Of a stretch of DNA of 32,000 nt, positions 18,820-28,873 are shown one piece after another; within the stretch, counting starts at the first letter, position 1, and each line of letters starts with the position of its first letter. Where the stretch lies: positions 930,001 through 962,000 of the forward strand of contig NZ_LT934425.1 in NCBI RefSeq assembly GCF_900232105.1, in the 5' to 3' direction. The notes beneath the pieces were generated by a model. The model made no database searches. It had not been told where the DNA came from and saw nothing but the letters and a program-made list of their open reading frames with translations. Made by a program: the position numbers and the translations under genes. Source of the DNA: Candidatus Kuenenia stuttgartensis (GTDB taxonomy: Bacteria; Planctomycetota; Brocadiia; Brocadiales; Brocadiaceae).

Positions 18820-19707
18820 TCATGATCTTTTTGTAATCTTATTTGAAAGAAAATCCTGCATATATAAAGCTTCTATTTTTGGTTCTATTTTTCCTAAAAA
18901 TGATCTGACAGGATATAATATTCTCAATATAACATTGATATAAGGTTTATAAACTATATGAAGGTTTGTATAAGCTTTTTTGAAAAGGAACTTATTCTGT
19001 AAAAAATCTTGTATTCCAGTTTCATGCAAAACACTTCTGAATCCAGCATTAACATACTTAAATTCTTTTTCTTGTAAATAATATTTATTCATTGTGTAAA
19101 ACAAAGCACAAGATGGATTTAGTTTTAAATAAGAAGGATGAAAATATATTGCGAAATAATTAGCCTCAATGTTATCAAATATATAATTAGTAGAATATCC
19201 TATCATCTTGCCTTCATAAAAGATTCCCCAATAATGCACGATGTCATCAAAAGATCTTGTTTTCATAATATTATTACCGAATTCAAGTTCGGCAATTTTT
19301 GTTTTTTTTACTCCTTTGTATCTGCTAAAGGCAGAAATAAACACTTCATACCCTTTTTTAGCGATAAACCCTGCATCAACCATTTCAATGTTACAATTCT
19401 TTAGACCTTTTCTAATCTCACTTCTATTTTTTGATGGCAGCTCCGATATATCTAAAAATTTATCACAAATAACAGCATACCACCCTTTGGTTTCATTTTC
19501 TACGAAGCCATCTGTCCATCTAATTAAAATTCCTCCTACTTGATTTAATATGTATTTGGCTTCTTCAAAAGATAACGAATAATCAAACATTACAGGGCCA
19601 ATGGGTTGAACCATTTCATTATATATCCCCCAAAGTGTATTTTTATATACGGCAGATTTAACACCTGATTCTTCAAATAATTTGGTAAATCTTTCTATGT
19701 AGCACAT
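18820..19707 (-). CDS. FemAB/GNAT-like acyl transferase
   Basis: 295 aa; RSEIRKGLKNCNIEMV, YYLQEKEFKYVNAGFRSV.. resembles FemAB-type fold in glycan clusters. Confidence 0.5.
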   Translation of the reverse strand: MCYIERFTKLFEESGVKSAVYKNTLWGIYNEMVQPIGPVMFDYSLSFEEAKYILNQVGGILIRWTDGFVENETKGWYAVICDKFLDISELPSKNRSEIRKGLKNCNIEMVDAGFIAKKGYEVFISAFSRYKGVKKTKIAELEFGNNIMKTRSFDDIVHYWGIFYEGKMIGYSTNYIFDNIEANYFAIYFHPSYLKLNPSCALFYTMNKYYLQEKEFKYVNAGFRSVLHETGIQDFLQNKFLFKKAYTNLHIVYKPYINVILRILYPVRSFLGKIEPKIEALYMQDFLSNKITKRS

Positions 19708-19810
19708 ATCATTAAAATATTCCTTACATTCTTATTTGATTTCTCAATAATCATACTCTATTTAAAAAAACTCTCCAAATAACCTTCATAATGGATTAAG
19801 AAGAGTAACA

Positions 19811-20944
19811 TCAAACAATCTTTTCACTATGCAATCCCATTGTTTTCATAATTACAGCATTTACCTTATGAACATCATACTTTTCAACGGCAATCTCTCG
19901 GCTTCTCCTACCCATCTTTTCTATTAATTCTGGTCGTAAGATAAATCGTTCCATCGCGCAAGCCAGTGCTTTTACATCTTTCACAGGTACTAAGAAACCG
20001 TTCTCACCTTCTCTCACTGTTTCACGGCAGCCTGGCGCATCAGTCGTCACAACAGGCCGTCCCATAGCCATAGCCTCTAACACGGTACGTGGTGTGCCTT
20101 CCCCGTAGTAGGAGGGTAGCGCATATACCGAAGACGCAGTAATTGCAGGGCGAACATCGTCTAGCTTGCCAAGGTAGTCAATGATACCATCAGCAATCCA
20201 TAAATTCAGGTCCTTTTTTTTAATGGAATCAGGGTTCTCATCAATCCACCCCACTAAGCGAAATACAACATCCGGATACTTAGCCTTAACTATGCGTGCC
20301 GCCTCTACATATTCATAAATCCCTTTATCCTTAAGTAAACGGGCAATTAGCAGGAATGAAACATCCGTAGGAACCGGCATCATCTTAAAGTCAGACACGT
20401 TTACTCCTGAACCGTTGATCAGTACTGCTTGCCCTGCTCTTCTTAAAAGCCCAAGCCGGTTAAAATAATTGCAGTCATCCGGATTCTGAAAATAAATTTT
20501 TTGATTGCAGTTTAAACTTATTTTATAAAGGAAGCGTGCTATAGCACCGATAAACCGTTGCCTTAAATTACGACGAGAGAAAGCGTATCCCAATCCTGTG
20601 ATTATAGAAAATATACCTGAAACTCCGGTCAACCTGGCTGCCAGTGAGCCGTATAATACCGGTTTGATGGTATAGCCCAAAAATATATCCGGTTTAGTAC
20701 GTCTCATAAGATTGTATAATGACAAAAACGTACGAACATCGCTTAAAGGATTCATCCCTGTTCTGGATAGATATACGTCCCGATACTCAACCCCCAGTTG
20801 GGAAAGTTTATCTCTGATTTCCTTTGAGGCATTGGGAGCACATGCGTACACCTCATGCCCCAGGGAGACAAAATCCTTTAATAAAGCCCCCCTAAAATTT
20901 ACTAAAGATTCTGCAAAACTACCAAGAACTAAGACTCTTGCCAA
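19811..20944 (-). CDS. glycosyltransferase family 4
   Basis: LINGSGVNVSDF..., YGEGTPRTVLEAMAMGRPVVTTDAPGCRETV. Confidence 0.92.
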   Translation of the reverse strand: MARVLVLGSFAESLVNFRGALLKDFVSLGHEVYACAPNASKEIRDKLSQLGVEYRDVYLSRTGMNPLSDVRTFLSLYNLMRRTKPDIFLGYTIKPVLYGSLAARLTGVSGIFSIITGLGYAFSRRNLRQRFIGAIARFLYKISLNCNQKIYFQNPDDCNYFNRLGLLRRAGQAVLINGSGVNVSDFKMMPVPTDVSFLLIARLLKDKGIYEYVEAARIVKAKYPDVVFRLVGWIDENPDSIKKKDLNLWIADGIIDYLGKLDDVRPAITASSVYALPSYYGEGTPRTVLEAMAMGRPVVTTDAPGCRETVREGENGFLVPVKDVKALACAMERFILRPELIEKMGRRSREIAVEKYDVHKVNAVIMKTMGLHSEKIV

Positions 20945-20949
20945 AAAGC

Positions 20950-21194
20950 AACCTCCTTCTCAAGCCACGCCTGAAACATCAACACATCCCAAAAAGGTAC
21001 TGCCAGTTTCGTTTGCCAGACAAGTGATCTGCCCACTTCTGTCTAATCGGTGCACAATGAAAGAAGCCTTCCCGCTTAAGCCGATTTTCATTCAACAACT
21101 CTTCTGCCCAGTCTCGCAAAGGGCCGCGCAGCCATGTATCAATAGGCACCCCAAATCCCATTTTAAAACGTTCAATAAGTTCTGCTGAAATCAA
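20950..21194 (-). pseudogene. C-terminal fragment of an asparagine synthase paralogue, frameshifted at the end
   Basis: MISAELIERFKMGFGVPIDTWLRGPLRDWAEELLNENRLKREGFFHCAPIRQKWADHLSGKRNWQY, homologous to C-term of 22664-24628. Confidence 0.85.
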
Positions 21195-22561
21195 CGAGGC
21201 ACTTGACCATCATTGATCGCCTCTGCCGCAAAGTAGCCGCCTGTTTTCGGAGCTCCTTTGAAAATAACTTTTTTCTCGTCTTTGAGGCGCTTGAGCCATC
21301 GTTCAAGGGTTCTTTGGCGGATGTTAAAGGTTACTGCAATCTCGCCCCTCTTCACTCCGGGTTTCATCCTTATATAGTTCAGGATTTCGTCTACACCGCC
21401 ACTTACACCGCCACTTACACCGCCACTTACACCGCCACCCAGCCTGAAGGTCACTAACACTCCGCCGCCAATCTCTTCCACAGTAAAGACAATCTCCGGG
21501 TATACTTCCAGTTCCTTGCGGATGCGGATAAAGCCGCTGCCGTATTTTTCGATGTTTTTCGTCAGATAGAAAGCCTCTGCAATCAGCTTGTTGCGCAATC
21601 GGGACTGGTAATGATCCGTGGACAGATCGGCAATACTCAAGCCTCCATACAGCTTGCCGGGACTGAAGATGGTAATCCTGTCATCGAATATCTTGATCTG
21701 AATGTCCGAGGAGTTGGCGTAATCCCGGTGAACAACGGCGTTGAGCAGAGCCTCGCGCAGCGCGGGCAAAGGATAGGCAAAGCGCTCCTTGCGTTGCAGG
21801 CTACCATCAAAGGTAAAGGCCACACTGATGTACGAAACAATAAATTTCATAGCCTGATCTACCGCCTCGAACAGGGTGTCAGTTATCTGGCGGTCATCTA
21901 GAATCATAGTCGGTGTTTTGAAACGACCGATATGAATATGGTGCCGCAGCGCCTCTCCGGCAAAGAGGAGCAGCGACGCCCAAGTGGGTCGGCCGTTGAC
22001 AACATATTTCAGTTTTTCGAGAGCGAGCAGGGGGGAATTGTCGAGGCTGAAGCGGCCACCCTGATTTACCTGATCAATGAACTTTTCGATCTTGGTAACG
22101 GAGAGAGCATCAAGCGACTGGCGGGGCGCTTCGTAGGAATCCCATGAAAGCTGTAAGGACTGCATGTACAGGTCGGTGATTTCAGACAGAGTGAGCTGGT
22201 GGTTTGAGGTGGCAACCCGTTTGTAGTATTTGCCCTTGGTATTCACCGGCTTCACCGGATATTCATTGATGCAAATGGTGACGACGGTTTTCCCCCCCAT
22301 CGTTACTGCGTCGATATCGGGGATAATCGAGGGACTGGTGGCTGATTTAATCTGGCTCAGCCAGTCGTTCAACGACTCCTTCCCGATGGTAACGCCCTTT
22401 ACCAAACCATCATCCGCAACACCGACAAGGACTGTTCCTCCCTGGGCATTGGCAAAGGCAACGAGTGTTTCGATGGTTTCCCGGTAGAAGGACGTCTTGA
22501 ACTCGACGGTCTGCGATTCGCCGGATTCAATCAGTCTGTTCATATCTATGACTGTTGCCAT
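21191..22561 (-). CDS. AlbA_2/Schlafen-type N-terminal + RecG-like HATPase domain protein
   Basis: ESQTVEFKTSFYRETIETLVAFANAQGGTVLVGVADDG; LREALLNAVVHRDYA; C-terminal wHTH. Confidence 0.88.
   Translation of the reverse strand: MATVIDMNRLIESGESQTVEFKTSFYRETIETLVAFANAQGGTVLVGVADDGLVKGVTIGKESLNDWLSQIKSATSPSIIPDIDAVTMGGKTVVTICINEYPVKPVNTKGKYYKRVATSNHQLTLSEITDLYMQSLQLSWDSYEAPRQSLDALSVTKIEKFIDQVNQGGRFSLDNSPLLALEKLKYVVNGRPTWASLLLFAGEALRHHIHIGRFKTPTMILDDRQITDTLFEAVDQAMKFIVSYISVAFTFDGSLQRKERFAYPLPALREALLNAVVHRDYANSSDIQIKIFDDRITIFSPGKLYGGLSIADLSTDHYQSRLRNKLIAEAFYLTKNIEKYGSGFIRIRKELEVYPEIVFTVEEIGGGVLVTFRLGGGVSGGVSGGVSGGVDEILNYIRMKPGVKRGEIAVTFNIRQRTLERWLKRLKDEKKVIFKGAPKTGGYFAAEAINDGQVPR
21388..21437 (-). 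repeat. 12-bp tandem repeat encoding (GGVS)n
   Basis: accgccacttac repeated about 4 times, giving GGVSGGVSGGVSGG. Confidence 0.85.
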
Positions 22562-22576
22562 ATAAACCTCTTAAAT

Positions 22577-22664
22577 CATGGCCTTCTTTAACCATCTTTG
22601 CAAGCAAAGGCCCCCGAAGGTTTACCAAAGACGCAGCTAAACCGGCTACAACAACAACCTTCAT
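22577..22664 (-). pseudogene. N-terminal fragment of a glycosyltransferase
   Basis: MKVVVVAGLAASLVNLRGPLLAKMVKEGH, resembles MARVLVLGSFAESLVNFRGALLKDFVSLGH of 19811-20944; start overlaps the asparagine synthase stop (TAATG). Confidence 0.7.
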
Positions 22665-24628
22665 TATGATTGATTCTCCAGCCATGCCTGAAACATAAGG
22701 ATATCCCATAGATAATACTGCCAATTCCGCCTGCCTGAAAGATGCTCCAGCCACTTTTCCCTGATTGGAATCGGGTTAAAAAATCCCTCATTTAGAAGTC
22801 GTTTCTCAGCCAAAAGTTCTTCTGCCCAGTCTCGCAAAGGGCCGCGCAGCCACGTATCAATAGGTACCCCAAACCCCATCTTCGGCCGTTCGATTAAACG
22901 CTTTGGAACATATTTATACAACACTTGCCTCAGCAACCACTTCCCCTGGCCATTATGCACAAGCATAGAAAGCGGTAACCGCCAGGCAAATTCTATGAGG
23001 CGGTGGTCAAGAAATGGTATACGTGTCTCCAGACTTACCCCCATAGCAGCCCTGTCCACTTTTACCAGAATATCGTCCGGTAAATAGGTAATCATGTCCA
23101 AAAACATCATCTTTTTTGTAAAATTAATTAAATTTGCCCAACTTTTTTTATCTGAAAGAGGAGTTAGCGGTTCAGTTCCACCCAAAACAACCGAAGACGG
23201 TAACTTCCAGTGAGAAACTAATTGCCGATATAACTCTTCTTGTCCGCCAACATTTAGTATTTCAGCTAATTTATGTAATTTATCGCCAAACATTCGATGT
23301 TTCATGAAACCGGGTAATAGATGACTCGATTTCTTGTATACATCGTCCCATACCCTTGTTGATACAGTGGTCAATCCACGGGCAATAGCCCATCGAAGAT
23401 GACGTGGCATCCAACCAAGCCTTTTCCAGATATTCCTTGTCCATGTATATCTAGGATATCCCCCGAACACTTCATCTCCAGCATCGCCAGACAAACTAAC
23501 CGTAACATGATTTCTGGTTAATTGAGACACAAGGTAAGTCGGTATTTGAGAAGAATCGGAAAAAGGCTCATCATATAAAGCAGGGAGTTTAGGAATAACC
23601 TCCATCGCCTCTTTAGATGTTACATACAATTCGGTATGATCGGTACTCAAATGACGAGCTACCTCTTGCGCATGATTGGCTTCATTATAACCATCCTCAT
23701 AAAAGCCGATGGTAAATGTCTTCACCTTTTGACTACTTTGCGCCTGCATTAACGCCACTACGGTTGACGAATCCACACCTCCGGAAAGAAATGCACCTAA
23801 GGGCACATCGGCTTCCATCCGCAGCTTAACTGCATCCCGCAGTATGTTATCCAATTGGGCAATAGCATCTTCTGTAGATCCCGTGAATGGCTCAAACTTC
23901 CCCTGTTCCGCAACTTCCCTGGCTGACCAGTACGGAATAGGATTTGAGGAGAAATCTTTAGATGGCGAAATTGTCAATATTGTGCCAGGCAGAAGTTTAT
24001 AAACACCCTTATAAATTGAATAGGGCGCAGGAATATAATTATGACGTAAATAAAGCGTCAGTGCGTCGCGGTTAATCTCACACTTGAAATCAGGATGGGT
24101 TCTTAATGCCTTTAATTCCGAACCGAATAGAAGTGTTTTTTCCATCCATCCATAATATAGTGGTTTCTCCCCAACCCGATCACGCACAAGGCATAATACA
24201 CGTTCCTTTCGATCCCATAGGGCAAAGGCAAACATACCATTAAAACGTTTTACAGCCGCAATAACTCCCCATTGTCGAAAGGCCTCCAGCATCACTTCGG
24301 TATCTGAGTGACCACGCCAGGTGGGTTTAATACCCTGAGAATTCTTTTCTAATTCTTCACGAATCTCCCGATAGTTGTAAATTTCACCATTAAAGGCAAC
24401 CACATACCGTCCACACGCTGAATGCATGGGCTGATTACCTTCGGGAGAGAGATCCAAAATAGATAAACGGCGGTGGCCTAAGGCAACGCATACTTCAGCA
24501 TCCACCCATACGCCACTATCGTCCGGGCCACGGTGCTGAAGTGTATCAGCCATTTTATTTACCATGAATCGAAGTTCATTATTCGCACGACCATTGTTTT
24601 TACTTAAAAAACCCGCTATTCCGCACAT
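22664..24628 (-). CDS. asnB: asparagine synthase (glutamine-hydrolyzing)
   Basis: MCGIAGF N-terminal nucleophile Cys, HRGPDDSG, GAFLSGGVDSS, SLSGDAGDEVFGGY. Confidence 0.96.
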   Translation of the reverse strand: MCGIAGFLSKNNGRANNELRFMVNKMADTLQHRGPDDSGVWVDAEVCVALGHRRLSILDLSPEGNQPMHSACGRYVVAFNGEIYNYREIREELEKNSQGIKPTWRGHSDTEVMLEAFRQWGVIAAVKRFNGMFAFALWDRKERVLCLVRDRVGEKPLYYGWMEKTLLFGSELKALRTHPDFKCEINRDALTLYLRHNYIPAPYSIYKGVYKLLPGTILTISPSKDFSSNPIPYWSAREVAEQGKFEPFTGSTEDAIAQLDNILRDAVKLRMEADVPLGAFLSGGVDSSTVVALMQAQSSQKVKTFTIGFYEDGYNEANHAQEVARHLSTDHTELYVTSKEAMEVIPKLPALYDEPFSDSSQIPTYLVSQLTRNHVTVSLSGDAGDEVFGGYPRYTWTRNIWKRLGWMPRHLRWAIARGLTTVSTRVWDDVYKKSSHLLPGFMKHRMFGDKLHKLAEILNVGGQEELYRQLVSHWKLPSSVVLGGTEPLTPLSDKKSWANLINFTKKMMFLDMITYLPDDILVKVDRAAMGVSLETRIPFLDHRLIEFAWRLPLSMLVHNGQGKWLLRQVLYKYVPKRLIERPKMGFGVPIDTWLRGPLRDWAEELLAEKRLLNEGFFNPIPIREKWLEHLSGRRNWQYYLWDILMFQAWLENQS

Positions 24629-24763
24629 AATGTCCTATATTTTCTTTCTTGCAATAATTATCATATTTGATCATTTTTTAAATAAAAATCGTAACTGCTC
24701 AAGTCTGTATCACGCAAAGCCGCCGAGTAGGCAAGGAGGCGTTTCACCTCCAAGCCTCTCACA

Positions 24764-24797
24764 GAACCGTACGTGACAGTCTCCTGTCATACGGCTC
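24764..24797 (-). ncRNA. group II intron domain V
   Basis: same 34-nt hairpin as 7795-7828. Confidence 0.85.
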
Positions 24798-24948
24798 GTG
24801 TTATTCTTGATATGCTTCAACGGTATCCCATTTTCCAGTGATAAAACAACGCTGGGTTAGCTTGTCTTATCGAATTGAGCTTTGCCACTGATTTCTTGCG
24901 GTATGCGTTTACCACCTGGCTGTACTCAATCGGCATTGTTTTGCATAC

Positions 24949-26652
24949 GTACTACTATCCATCAATTTCTTGTTTTTTATGCGTGTTTTTCATGCCGCCA
25001 TTTCCGTAAGTGCTTTAATATCAAGGGCTGAAGCGGTCATCAGTGAACAAGAGAACTTCTGGCCTTTCTCCGTCAAAACATAGCGGTTGGCCCTCGGAAC
25101 TTTGCGGATTAGACCGTGTGCCCGCAGCATCTTTATCCGTCGGGTCGTTCGTCCGGAATATTTCTTTTGCTGATCCTTGCCGGATTGTTCGGATTCCCGG
25201 TAAAGCCACTTACGCAAATCATGGTTGCGGAATCCATTTATCGCGTTTTCGCCTTTGGACAGGAACATCAGCATCTGGTAATCATCCTGCTGCCAGGGAT
25301 TCAAACCTCGATACCTCTTGCCCTCTTTGACAACCTTGTTACAAGCGCTGCTCACCACTTCTTTCAGTTTCTCCTCTACCTGAGCCGCCGCCAAAGCATC
25401 CCCATAACGATCATTGCATTGTTGGCTCACCTCACACCGTCGATGAAGATCGCTTACGCCCTTACGCATCTTCTGCCATGACGCCGGTTTGCCTTCATCA
25501 TCATTGGGACTCCGAAAGACCTTAAAGTCCCGCGTATTATTGATCGTTGTCTCAATACGCAAGAGACTACCGCTCTTGTTATACATCTTCACTGAATTAT
25601 AATTCACACTGTGCTTGACCCGTATACCTTCATAGCGTCTTCGATAGTCGCTGATAACCTCATCAGGGGCAGCGCCTGCAAGGTTACGCCTACCCAAATA
25701 CTTCATCACCGAAGAACTGTCGCAAACCCGCATCGCATGATGAACAAACGATGGAAACAACTCCTCCAATGCCTCAACCGATTTAAACATGATGTCCGTC
25801 GCCCACTCCGTCTCATCCGCAGACCAGTAATACTCCGGTTCCAACGGACGAAGAATCTGCGACAATGCCGGGCAACTGCCCAACGCAAGCCCGTTCAGCA
25901 GCTTCGCCCAGTCAGTCTTAAGCTGCTCATGGAGCAGAACCTGCGCAGCCGCAATATCCTCTATACGCACAAAACAGTTGCCGTCCTTAACATAATCAAT
26001 ACCTTGCTTCTGAAGTTGCCGCTCCAGCCAATGACGACCATTGAGACAAATGAAAATATTAAACGGCGCCCAACTCTGGATACGAACATGACCAAAACCA
26101 AACACTGGATCGTTAAAATAATGATACACAAAGACACACTTGCGGGGCGCCATTACCAACTCGAGCTTCTTGCTGGCCTTGTTGCCCTTGACCATCGGCG
26201 CAATACAAGGCTCTACCACACTCAACAGGCAGATGGAACCTTCCGTAATCCTCTTATCCGCCGCGATCTGGCGAGCCAACTTCTCCTTATCAACACCGCT
26301 GCTCATCAAATACCGCACCTCGATACCCAAATCTTTCGCCCGCGATTCACAACTGTCTCGCACCTGTGCCGTAAGCCCATTGACCCAACCGGAAAAATCC
26401 TTAAGCAGAATTCTCGCTTGGTTCATGAATGTTCCCATCCCACGCTCACTGGCCAACCACCGCAATGTCCCGCGAAAACGAATCCTGTCCAGACCGCTTA
26501 TTGCACCCACGATCCTGTCTCGATATAATTCCATCAACTTATTCATAAGTAGTGTCCTCCAAATTGTCTGATTACTATTTACGAGGATACTACTATACTT
26601 TATAATAAACTAAAAATCACCTTTTTGGTTGCGGCCAAAGGCCGCGCTAGGT
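24949..26652 (-). mobile_element. unclassified insertion element, copy 2
   Basis: same sequence as 2461-4164; empty site visible in intron copy A near 7974-7989. Confidence 0.88.
24990..26546 (-). CDS. 518-aa protein of unclassified mobile element
   Basis: protein identical to 2502-4058. Confidence 0.85.
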   Translation of the reverse strand: MNKLMELYRDRIVGAISGLDRIRFRGTLRWLASERGMGTFMNQARILLKDFSGWVNGLTAQVRDSCESRAKDLGIEVRYLMSSGVDKEKLARQIAADKRITEGSICLLSVVEPCIAPMVKGNKASKKLELVMAPRKCVFVYHYFNDPVFGFGHVRIQSWAPFNIFICLNGRHWLERQLQKQGIDYVKDGNCFVRIEDIAAAQVLLHEQLKTDWAKLLNGLALGSCPALSQILRPLEPEYYWSADETEWATDIMFKSVEALEELFPSFVHHAMRVCDSSSVMKYLGRRNLAGAAPDEVISDYRRRYEGIRVKHSVNYNSVKMYNKSGSLLRIETTINNTRDFKVFRSPNDDEGKPASWQKMRKGVSDLHRRCEVSQQCNDRYGDALAAAQVEEKLKEVVSSACNKVVKEGKRYRGLNPWQQDDYQMLMFLSKGENAINGFRNHDLRKWLYRESEQSGKDQQKKYSGRTTRRIKMLRAHGLIRKVPRANRYVLTEKGQKFSCSLMTASALDIKALTEMAA

Positions 26653-27256
26653 GTATTCATTTGTTAATCTTCCCCAAGAGGGTCTTCTCCCCCATCATAA
26701 GGTTGTTGTAGTGAATACTGCACTGAATAACCTAAGCCCTTCGCTCCTTTCCACTTTCACGGAATATCTTCACTATTATGGCTTAGTCCGACTTCCGTTT
26801 CACAGCTTTTGCAGCCGTCACCCCGAAACGGATATCCCGTGTTCCGTATTAAAGCCCAACTTTAAGTCATGTCGCCTGTATAACGGTGGTCACATAGCCA
26901 GTAAACAGGTCTCCGCTATGCTTGTTTCTGCATCCTTAGCACAATGCGATTTTGCCCGACAACTTATGTGATTTCGTTACTTCTTCAGCGATTCATTTGC
27001 ATTCATCTCTTAAAGTCACACCTGATGGATTTTCTTCCACCTTTTCTCTATCCGTTCACTACAGCAGCTTTACAGCTTTTGCAGCGTAGAGCGGTTTGGC
27101 AACCCCACCTGTATGGCGTTGCCGATACTTCGCAATGGGTAGCACTTCCATTGTTGTATCATCTTTATTACAGCTTGTTAAAGAACTTCGTTATTCCTTA
27201 ACTTCACGGCACAAGCAAAGCACGCAAAGAAAAGCATAAACACTGAATGGTAAATC

Positions 27257-27661
27257 CTATAAGCCATTGACGACCCGTTCAATTCCATCCTTAATAAGAT
27301 TAACATTAAAATTAACAAGCAGGCCTAGCTTCACTCCCGTTAATCTGAGATAAGTCAATAATTGTTTATTATGAACAGGCAAAACTTTTTCTACGGCTTT
27401 CAGTTCGACAATTACCAAATTTTCCACAATCAAATCCGCCCGAAATCCAAGATCAAGCTTGATATCTTCATAACGCACGGGTATTCCGACCTCTTTTTCA
27501 CATTTCAACCCCAATTTCTTCAATTCATATATGAGAATTTCGAGATATACTGATTCCAATAACCCCGGCCCGATGTTTACATGAATTCTATAACAGCAAT
27601 CCACGATGATCCTCGATATCTGATTTTCATCCATATTGGATTGTTCATCCTTTCTTTGCAC
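27257..27661 (-). CDS. GxxExxY protein
   Basis: IHVNIGPGLLESVYLEILIYELKKLG...FRADLIVENLVIVELKAVEK...QLLTYLRLTGVKLGLLVNFN. Confidence 0.93.
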   Translation of the reverse strand: MQRKDEQSNMDENQISRIIVDCCYRIHVNIGPGLLESVYLEILIYELKKLGLKCEKEVGIPVRYEDIKLDLGFRADLIVENLVIVELKAVEKVLPVHNKQLLTYLRLTGVKLGLLVNFNVNLIKDGIERVVNGL

Positions 27662-27713
27662 ACTTTGCGGCTTTGCGCGAAAATTGGTTTTGATTAAATT
27701 TCTCAGGAAAATA

Positions 27714-28862
27714 TCAACTTCTCCCTAATACTTCTTTGTATAACATTTCGTATTTCTTTACCACGGCATCGAGTGAAAAGTTTTCTATGATACGCTGCCT
27801 TGCCATCATGCCTAATGCTAATCGTTTGTCCCGCCCTAATTCAATTAACTTTCGCCAGCCGTTTGCCAAAGCAACCGGATCGCGCGGCGGGACAACAAGA
27901 CCTGTATCACCAACAATAGAGGAAGATTCTCCCACATCCGTCACCACACAAGGCACACCACAACCCATCGCTTCACCAATTACATTTGAAAATGCTTCAG
28001 CATAAGAAGAAGAGGATGCTATATCTAATGCCGCTGTTAAACGAGGTACATCAATGCGCTCACCAAGTAAATGTACATTTGTAGAAATATTTAAATTATT
28101 TATCACCTGGTTTAGTCGTTCATTACGCCCATCTACCTGAGTACCAGCAAGCAAGAAATGGACATTTGAATAATCTTTTAGCAATAATGATGCGGCTTGT
28201 AGAAAGTTAGTGTGATCCTTCATGGGATGATAACGCCCGATCAAACCTATAAGAAGTGTATCTGAAGAAACATCCAATTCGTGACGGACTGCCTTGCCAG
28301 ATTCAATAGAGGGTGAGAAGAGATTGACGTCAAAGCCATTAGGAATGATAATACGTTTGTCGCCTCGATATCCAAGGTATTCATGCTGCTCTGCACTGGT
28401 TTTAGAATTATAAACGATACGCCTGGGAAATCCCGTAAGATACCTACATATCTTAATTACGATCGCGGTTCCTTTTTTTTCGTAAGCAAAAGAATAAAGA
28501 GAATGACGTATATTCCACAATACAGGCACCTGCCATTTTATAAAAAAACTGGCCAATTGTGCGGCGAGGTTGCCATGATACATCCAGCCTTGTAAGAGAT
28601 CGGGTTTTAAATCGCGTAAAAGTTTTATCAAACGACAGAATCCAATAATTGAGAACCTTCCTCTTTTCATACAAAGAGCATATACCTTAACCCCCAGGGA
28701 CTCTATCTTCTCTCCATACGTGCCGCGACCCGTGAGAGATACCACCTGCAGATCAAAAACCTCTTTATCCATTCGGGAAAGAAGTTTGTTGAGCATGGCC
28801 TCCGCTCCACCGCTATTCAGGCCGGTGATTATATGAACAATACCTATTTTACTCATGAGCAC
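27714..28862 (-). CDS. glycosyltransferase family 4
   Basis: GLNSGGAEAMLNKL, IPNGFDVNLFSP, SYAEAFSNVIGEAMGCGVPCVVTDVGESSSIV. Confidence 0.93.
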   Translation of the reverse strand: MLMSKIGIVHIITGLNSGGAEAMLNKLLSRMDKEVFDLQVVSLTGRGTYGEKIESLGVKVYALCMKRGRFSIIGFCRLIKLLRDLKPDLLQGWMYHGNLAAQLASFFIKWQVPVLWNIRHSLYSFAYEKKGTAIVIKICRYLTGFPRRIVYNSKTSAEQHEYLGYRGDKRIIIPNGFDVNLFSPSIESGKAVRHELDVSSDTLLIGLIGRYHPMKDHTNFLQAASLLLKDYSNVHFLLAGTQVDGRNERLNQVINNLNISTNVHLLGERIDVPRLTAALDIASSSSYAEAFSNVIGEAMGCGVPCVVTDVGESSSIVGDTGLVVPPRDPVALANGWRKLIELGRDKRLALGMMARQRIIENFSLDAVVKKYEMLYKEVLGRS

Positions 28863-28873
28863 ACACGTATTAT

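Larger units (their letters stand above)
24718..27214 (-). mobile_element. ORF-less group II intron (copy B) interrupted by the unclassified element
   Basis: homologous to 7749-8545; 2497 bp minus 1700 bp equals the 797 bp of copy A. Confidence 0.75.

Noticed and set aside
21388-21437. Possible CRISPR-like or VNTR array
   Set aside because: Only 12-bp contiguous units with no spacers, inside a coding region. No CRISPR array seen in the window.
27362-27553. Small + strand ORF inside the GxxExxY gene
   Set aside because: Antisense shadow ORF.
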